From the NCBI GenBank assembly GCA_026396015.1, contig JAPLXP010000002.1:5502-69501 (forward strand): a stretch of DNA of 64,000 nucleotides, written 5' to 3'. Positions 59,266 to 64,000 of this stretch are shown here, in pieces. The notes below the pieces were generated by a model. The model had not been told where the DNA came from. It did no database searches and worked only from the letters and a program-made list of their open reading frames with translations. The position numbers and the translations under genes are program-made. The stretch's first letter is position 1; each line of letters opens with the position of its first letter. The stretch is from Candidatus Nomurabacteria bacterium (lineage in GTDB: Bacteria > Patescibacteriota > Minisyncoccia > Phycocordibacterales > UBA9973).

Positions 59266-59865
59266 TTACATATTTTTGCGAGCAAAATAGTTTCGAACAA
59301 AAGATATAATCACAGGTAGTAGCGAAATAAAAACAATAGCAATGATAATAGGCAAAATATATCTATCTGGGTTCGGAATTATATTCCCCAAAAAGTAACC
59401 CAAAGACAATACTGAGACAGCCCATAAAATACCTCCAATAATATTGTAAGATAGGAATGTCTTATAATCCATACGAGCTACACCAGCTACGATAGGTGCA
59501 AATGTGCGAATGATCGGAATAAATCGTGCCAAAATAATAGTATACTTTCCATGCTTTTGATAAAAAGTCTCAGCCTGATGTAATCTCTTTTTTTTGAAAA
59601 AGAATCCTGCTTCTTTTTCAAAAAGAGCACGACCCATATTTTTACCAGTCCAGTATCCTGCACTATCCCCTGCGATAGCAAAAATAGAACAAAATACAAA
59701 TAAAATTGTGATACTTAAAAAACCTTGTGAAGCGAGTAATCCTGCAGTAAAGAGCAATGAATCACCTGGCAAGAAAAAACCAAAAATTATTCCTGATTCA
59801 AGGAACACAATCGCACAGATTCCAGCCACACCAACAATCTGAATAAAGTGAATTATATCGAACAT
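59266..59865 (-). CDS. DedA family protein
   Basis: ESG..GFFLPGDSLLF.AG, ARFIPIIRTFAP.VAG. Confidence 0.93.
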   Translation of the reverse strand: MFDIIHFIQIVGVAGICAIVFLESGIIFGFFLPGDSLLFTAGLLASQGFLSITILFVFCSIFAIAGDSAGYWTGKNMGRALFEKEAGFFFKKKRLHQAETFYQKHGKYTIILARFIPIIRTFAPIVAGVARMDYKTFLSYNIIGGILWAVSVLSLGYFLGNIIPNPDRYILPIIIAIVFISLLPVIISFVRNYFARKNM

Positions 59866-59866
59866 A

Positions 59867-60241
59867 CTATCTCACGCGGCTACCAGCCTCCACCTGCGTA
59901 TCAGGTGTGATAAATACAGGCGATCCATCCTGACCATCTACTGCCATGAGCATTCCATTACTTTCAAATCCTTTTATCTTTCTTGGTTCTAGATTCACGA
60001 TATACAAAACTTGTTTGCCAATTAATTTTTCATAATCTGGAAAAAATTCTCGGATACCTGATATTATCTGTCTATATTTTTGTTCAACTTTCTTTTCATC
60101 CCCTTCACCTACTTCTACAGTCTCACCGAAATCTATCTGACAGCGTAGAAGCTTGTCTGTATCTGGTACAGGTTCTATCTCCTTTATCGTGCCAAATCTA
60201 ATATCCATTTTTTTAAATTCTTCGTATGATACGTATTCCAT
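59867..60241 (-). CDS. tRNA-binding OB-fold protein (Trbp111/CsaA/MetRS C-terminal-like)
   Basis: DIR.G.I..DKLL, RQIISGI, NL.PRK..G.ES.GML. Confidence 0.88.
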   Translation of the reverse strand: MEYVSYEEFKKMDIRFGTIKEIEPVPDTDKLLRCQIDFGETVEVGEGDEKKVEQKYRQIISGIREFFPDYEKLIGKQVLYIVNLEPRKIKGFESNGMLMAVDGQDGSPVFITPDTQVEAGSRVR

Positions 60242-60250
60242 AAATTAATT

Positions 60251-60679
60251 TTAATTATTTTGTAAATTTTTCTTTTCTAAAAATCTTGCGAGTATCAATG
60301 CTGCAGCAGACGCATCTGCGGGATTTTGTTTTTCTTTTGTAATCTTGCGTGCATTATTCACCTCCTTGCCACCCCTACCCCGAGCCTCTATAGTAGTCAT
60401 GAATTCTTTTTGTAAAAATACTGGCATGTCAGTCTCTACCTCAATATTTTTTACAAATTCTTCAATACTACCCATTATTTTATTTGGCTTACCAGATAAG
60501 TCATGCGATTCACCAATAACTATTCCAGAAATATTTTCTTTACTACAAATATCAGAGATATTTTTTATCAAATTCATATCATTTGAAACAATAGAGTGAG
60601 GAAAAGCCATCATGCCCATATCGTCAGACATAGCCAAGCCAACTCTCTTTGAACCATAATCAATTCCTAAGTATTTCAT
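60251..60679 (-). CDS. YqgF/RuvX family nuclease
   Basis: YLGIDYGSKRVGLAMSD, E..TT, AA.LIL. Confidence 0.9.
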   Translation of the reverse strand: MKYLGIDYGSKRVGLAMSDDMGMMAFPHSIVSNDMNLIKNISDICSKENISGIVIGESHDLSGKPNKIMGSIEEFVKNIEVETDMPVFLQKEFMTTIEARGRGGKEVNNARKITKEKQNPADASAAALILARFLEKKNLQNN

Positions 60680-60743
60680 ATATACAGGATAGCATAAATC
60701 TGCTGCGTTGCGATAAAATAGTTTTTTTGCTATGATACACTAT

Positions 60744-60968
60744 ATGGCAATCAGCATTTTAAAAATTATGATTCTTGTTATCGTATTAATATGGGTTTTG
60801 TTTTGGAAGGGTTATTCTGTATGGACAGCAGCACGAAATGGACAAAAGAGATGGTTCATCGCGCTTGTCATCCTAAATACCCTATCAATACTAGATATCG
60901 TATACATTTTTTACGTAGCAAATAAGACGCCGGAGGATATAAAGAATGTTTTGAAGTCTAAGATATAG
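60744..60968 (+). CDS. DUF5652-like small membrane protein
   Basis: W.L.WKG...W.AARN.QK.WFIAL.ILNT. Confidence 0.75.
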   Translation: MAISILKIMILVIVLIWVLFWKGYSVWTAARNGQKRWFIALVILNTLSILDIVYIFYVANKTPEDIKNVLKSKI

Positions 60969-60984
60969 ATTTTAAAATAAATAC

Positions 60985-61116
60985 GGAGGTGTGGCTATGA
61001 AATATGAACTGCTTCATATTTCATCCGATCCTGAATAATTCTAATTCAGGACTGACTATTACGAGCGAGAGCGAGTAGGTCAGAGGGAAGGGTCCGAGAG
61101 GACACGAAGCCACGCC
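60985..61116 (+). ncRNA. Unassigned structured element upstream of tRNA-Ser
   Basis: Starts with a copy of the tRNA 5' end (GGAGGTGTGGCT), ends with its complement (AGCCACGCC), and encloses four hairpins. Confidence 0.55.
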
Positions 61117-61130
61117 GACAATGTACACAT

Positions 61131-61217
61131 GGAGGTGTGGCTGAGTGGTTGAAGGCACTTGTCTTGAAAACAAGAGACCGTTTACGCGGTCCGGGAGTTC
61201 GAATCCCCCCGCCTCCG
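61131..61217 (+). tRNA. tRNA-Ser(TGA)
   Basis: Cloverleaf with long variable arm; loop CTTGAAA; G73. Confidence 0.95.
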
Positions 61218-61420
61218 CAAAAAAAGAAAACCCGAAAGGGTTTTTCTTTTTGCGTGGCGAGAAAGTGACCTGCGTCACTCTCGTGGGGGATTCGAAAGAC
61301 TTTTCGTTCTCTGGTTTACCAGAGCGAAAAGTACCTGGCTATGTAATAGCCGAATCCCCTCTTTGATTACGAAAGGTGTACTGGTCCTGTAAGGACAGAA
61401 AAGCGTAATAGCGGTCCCCC
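61218..61420 (+). ncRNA. Unassigned structured element downstream of tRNA-Ser (includes a terminator-like hairpin)
   Basis: Multiple hairpins; GGGGGATTCGAA is complementary to both the tRNA T-arm and a downstream CGAATCCCC. Confidence 0.55.
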
Positions 61421-61426
61421 ATTAGT

Positions 61427-62332
61427 CTATTTAAAATTTTGTGAGATTTGCATTCCTAGTTCTTTCATCTCTTGTCTTAATTTTGCAATTTTTTCTTTAT
61501 CATCTTTTGTTTGATTTTTATTTATCTCTGAATATCTGCTGTTGATATTACTATCTTTCTCTACACCAATTGCTTTTTTAGATTCACCCATAGAATAACT
61601 GAGTTTCATTTTCTCATTAGCTGGATTTCTATCGTCTTCATAAATATCAACAACCTTTCCAATATTTTCACCCGGGACATAATTATCTTCCTTACTTCCA
61701 AATATACTAAAATATGGAACTTCGTAACCAAAAGCATAATTTATTTCTTTGCTAGTGTGTCCATTGCTTGAATATTCATCTATGACTGCTATATTAGCTT
61801 TAGTATCATTTTCACTTATTTTTTGATTATAATTATCTATCTCGATCGCTCGCTCTTTTTCAGTATGCCTTTTTTCAAAAGTCCTATTGAAATCATCTTT
61901 TTGATTTTTTTCATATTCATCATACTCCCCTTCAGCAAAAAGATTACTATGAGAATAAAGGCTTCTGTTTCGAGCCAACTCTTTTAACAAAAAAACTTCA
62001 GCTTCTTCTTTCCCAAGTTCTCTTTCCTCTGTGCTTTCATATACAGAAGTGTTTCTATCCGGACCATGAACCTTTAAAAAAAAGATTTTAGGTTTATTTA
62101 TTTTTTTATTTTTTGCTATTTCTGAAAAAATAGGATCGAGCAAATAATACAAAGGGCGAGCAGATGTATCAGGATAAACAATAGCATCCGGCAATTTTCC
62201 ATTAAATTCACTTAAAATCTTGGTGACAACATTTTTACAACCTTCTAGTAGTATTTTTTTATCCCATTCATTTAGAATATTTTCAGTGGTCTGCTTCTTT
62301 TGATTAAATTGTGATTCAAAGTTATTTTTCAT
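61427..62332 (-). CDS. Hypothetical protein, possibly PRTase-like
   Basis: IVYPDTSARP and IAVIDEYSSNGHT resemble PRTase loops. Confidence 0.5.
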   Translation of the reverse strand: MKNNFESQFNQKKQTTENILNEWDKKILLEGCKNVVTKILSEFNGKLPDAIVYPDTSARPLYYLLDPIFSEIAKNKKINKPKIFFLKVHGPDRNTSVYESTEERELGKEEAEVFLLKELARNRSLYSHSNLFAEGEYDEYEKNQKDDFNRTFEKRHTEKERAIEIDNYNQKISENDTKANIAVIDEYSSNGHTSKEINYAFGYEVPYFSIFGSKEDNYVPGENIGKVVDIYEDDRNPANEKMKLSYSMGESKKAIGVEKDSNINSRYSEINKNQTKDDKEKIAKLRQEMKELGMQISQNFK

Positions 62333-62338
62333 ATTTTT

Positions 62339-62758
62339 TTACCAACTAGCCAATATTGCACCTATCACAGACATCACTACTAATGAGCATCCACATTCAA
62401 ACAACCACAGCTTGTAATTCTTGCCCATCCAGATGACATCAATAGATGAAGACGTGACCAGGAATCCGAGCCATAGCAATACACCCATGATAGCCCCTCG
62501 TAGCCATGTAGCCGGACCCATCAATGATGAAGAAAAAACTAAACCAAAAATCATAGCCATCACAGCGGCAGTGACTATATTAGAAAAAAGATTCCATGCC
62601 ATCTGAGGGATCATATCAGAGAGCTTCTCGTTCCCTGTCGGATGAATGTTTGCCAACTTCATCCACAACTTTCCAGACACTGGACCATGGAATAAAAACC
62701 CAAGAATAAAAGCGACAACTGCTGAAACAAGAACTGCAATAAAATTTATTTGTAGCAT
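62339..62758 (-). CDS. DUF1761-like membrane protein
   Basis: INF.AVLVSA..AF.LG....GP..GK.WM, 4 TM. Confidence 0.75.
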   Translation of the reverse strand: MLQINFIAVLVSAVVAFILGFLFHGPVSGKLWMKLANIHPTGNEKLSDMIPQMAWNLFSNIVTAAVMAMIFGLVFSSSLMGPATWLRGAIMGVLLWLGFLVTSSSIDVIWMGKNYKLWLFECGCSLVVMSVIGAILASW

Positions 62759-62770
62759 ATATTTTGTATA

Positions 62771-63751
62771 TTATTTGTTTTCTAATTTTTTATCCACACT
62801 CCAGAGCCCTCCCCCTTCGATGGCCAATATTGCCAATGCTGAGAACAATGTCACATGAGAGTACACGGCCTCCTTAAAATAAAAGAACGTCATAGATATA
62901 ACGAGGAATGCTACGAATGCTACTGTGCGTGTATAGAATCCGATGATGATCAATATGCCTAGCAGTAATTCTATCAAACCTGCAGATAGTACCCACATAG
63001 ATGGATCAACAGGAACAATAGAAGCCAAATTATACTGATGCACTACTAAATCAGAAAATCCTGGATTCAAAAGTTTTTCATAAAGAGCCAAATAAACAAA
63101 AGCGAACCCGAGACCCAAACGGAGTATTGGTGCTAAATATTTTCTATCTATTTTTATAAACTTAAACATTGAGATTCCAAACATATCATCTACACCAGGA
63201 CGTGCACTATGAAATACTAAGAATGAAACTGCGAGCACCAAGAAATCCATATTTCCAATCAAGTATGAATTTGTAAAAAGCCCATAAAGAAAAATCAATA
63301 TAGATGTGATTGTTGTAGGTATCAACAAGAATCCGGACAAGAAGAAAAATCCTAGTGTAATCTGTATTAAGGAAAATACATGAGCGTCTGTATATGTAGG
63401 TGAGATCAAAACATCAGACATACCAGCACCAAGCAGTGATATACCTAATGCAAGACGGATTATCCATGGAATCAATTCGTGATAGGAAGAAAGCTTGTCT
63501 TTTATTTTATTTAAAAACTTGATGATAGTTTTGTTTTTATTGCAGAAGATTGCTACAGCCAATACAAGAACTGCTGTACCAATCATGAGCACCCAATCCA
63601 TAGGGATAGATAGTGCATGTTCTAGATACGCAGGATTCTCCCCTGCTACTCGAACCATATCTTCTTTTTTAATTACATAGGAAACATGAGCAGAAGCAAA
63701 AACTGGAACAATAGAAGCTAATAAAATTAAAAAATGACTAAAATATTTCAT
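62771..63751 (-). CDS. Double-DoxX membrane protein
   Basis: Signal then AHV.Y; two R..LG repeats; EK...P; E...H; G...WSVD. Confidence 0.7.
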   Translation of the reverse strand: MKYFSHFLILLASIVPVFASAHVSYVIKKEDMVRVAGENPAYLEHALSIPMDWVLMIGTAVLVLAVAIFCNKNKTIIKFLNKIKDKLSSYHELIPWIIRLALGISLLGAGMSDVLISPTYTDAHVFSLIQITLGFFFLSGFLLIPTTITSILIFLYGLFTNSYLIGNMDFLVLAVSFLVFHSARPGVDDMFGISMFKFIKIDRKYLAPILRLGLGFAFVYLALYEKLLNPGFSDLVVHQYNLASIVPVDPSMWVLSAGLIELLLGILIIIGFYTRTVAFVAFLVISMTFFYFKEAVYSHVTLFSALAILAIEGGGLWSVDKKLENK

Positions 63752-63853
63752 GCCATAATTATAACATAACTTTATTCCGGATGATTTTGAATTTGAACAA
63801 AAAAAAGTTATTATTAAAAAATAAACAACAATTATCATTTAATTTTAATTCTT

Positions 63854-64000
63854 ATGAAAAAAACAATACAATATAGCATTTCAAGCTTACTTATCCTTAC
63901 TAGCGTTATGCCATTCTTCGCTTTTGCAGAGGAAGCTATACCAGAAACCACAAGCATAAAAACTACTCCTGCAACAACAATAGCAATCCCACAGGGCAAC
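63854..64000 (+). CDS. Secreted protein, 3'-truncated by window edge
   Basis: MKKTIQYSISSLLILTSVMPFFAFA|EE signal peptide; frame open to the end. Confidence 0.7.
   Translation, partial: MKKTIQYSISSLLILTSVMPFFAFAEEAIPETTSIKTTPATTIAIPQGN

Noticed and set aside
60985-61116. SRP RNA, RNase P RNA, tmRNA or tRNA intron identity for the upstream element
   Set aside because: It lacks the SRP and RNase P consensus cores and a tag ORF, and the downstream tRNA is already complete.
61021-61366. ORFs 61021-61278(-) and 61145-61366(+)
   Set aside because: They overlap tRNA-Ser and the structured flanks.
647-63680. Many short ORFs antisense to or nested in real genes (e.g. 647-931, 5253-5675, 32421-32876, 42741-43088)
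   Set aside because: Shadow frames of well-supported genes, with no motifs.
1-64000. CRISPR array, integrase, transposase or prophage
   Set aside because: No regularly spaced repeats and no recombinase, transposase or phage structural motifs. The S74 protein has a signal peptide and chromosomal neighbours.
1-64000. Alternative genetic code (UGA=Gly)
   Set aside because: Core genes are intact under table 11, and TGA ends genes in ATGA overlaps (12960, 51294, 58107).

Overview
AT-rich, gene-dense bacterial chromosome segment with most genes on the minus strand and the standard genetic code (TGA is used as a stop). Gene content (type IV pilus cluster, ComEC without a metallo-beta-lactamase domain, S74 fibre protein, GYAW-repeat protein, DUF475/DUF5652/DUF1761, fermentative pgk-tpiA) suggests a Patescibacteria/CPR (Parcubacteria-like) genome; this is inference. 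Core genes include rpsL, rpsG, fusA, rplS, recJ, rnhA, pgk, tpiA, pilB/C/M/N/O and five tRNAs (His, Leu, Val, Arg, Ser). No integrase, transposase or CRISPR array is visible. Main leads: (1) a vitamin B12 scavenging locus (class II RNR nrdJ, solitary ECF S-component, mid-operon cobalamin riboswitch, two transcobalamin-like surface proteins, with PduO elsewhere in the window); (2) a tRNA-dependent cyclodipeptide synthase with a divergent regulator, an APH(4)-like kinase and nucleotide house-cleaning genes; (3) structured elements on both sides of tRNA-Ser that carry copies and anti-copies of the tRNA's own ends; (4) a DedA / double-GT2 / twin sphingomyelin-synthase-like lipid operon; (5) a duplicated nrdJ promoter and start region that now heads a YafQ toxin; (6) a recurring -10 box exactly 6 nt before ATG, pointing to leaderless mRNAs. 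All protein calls come from motif recognition by eye, not database searches.
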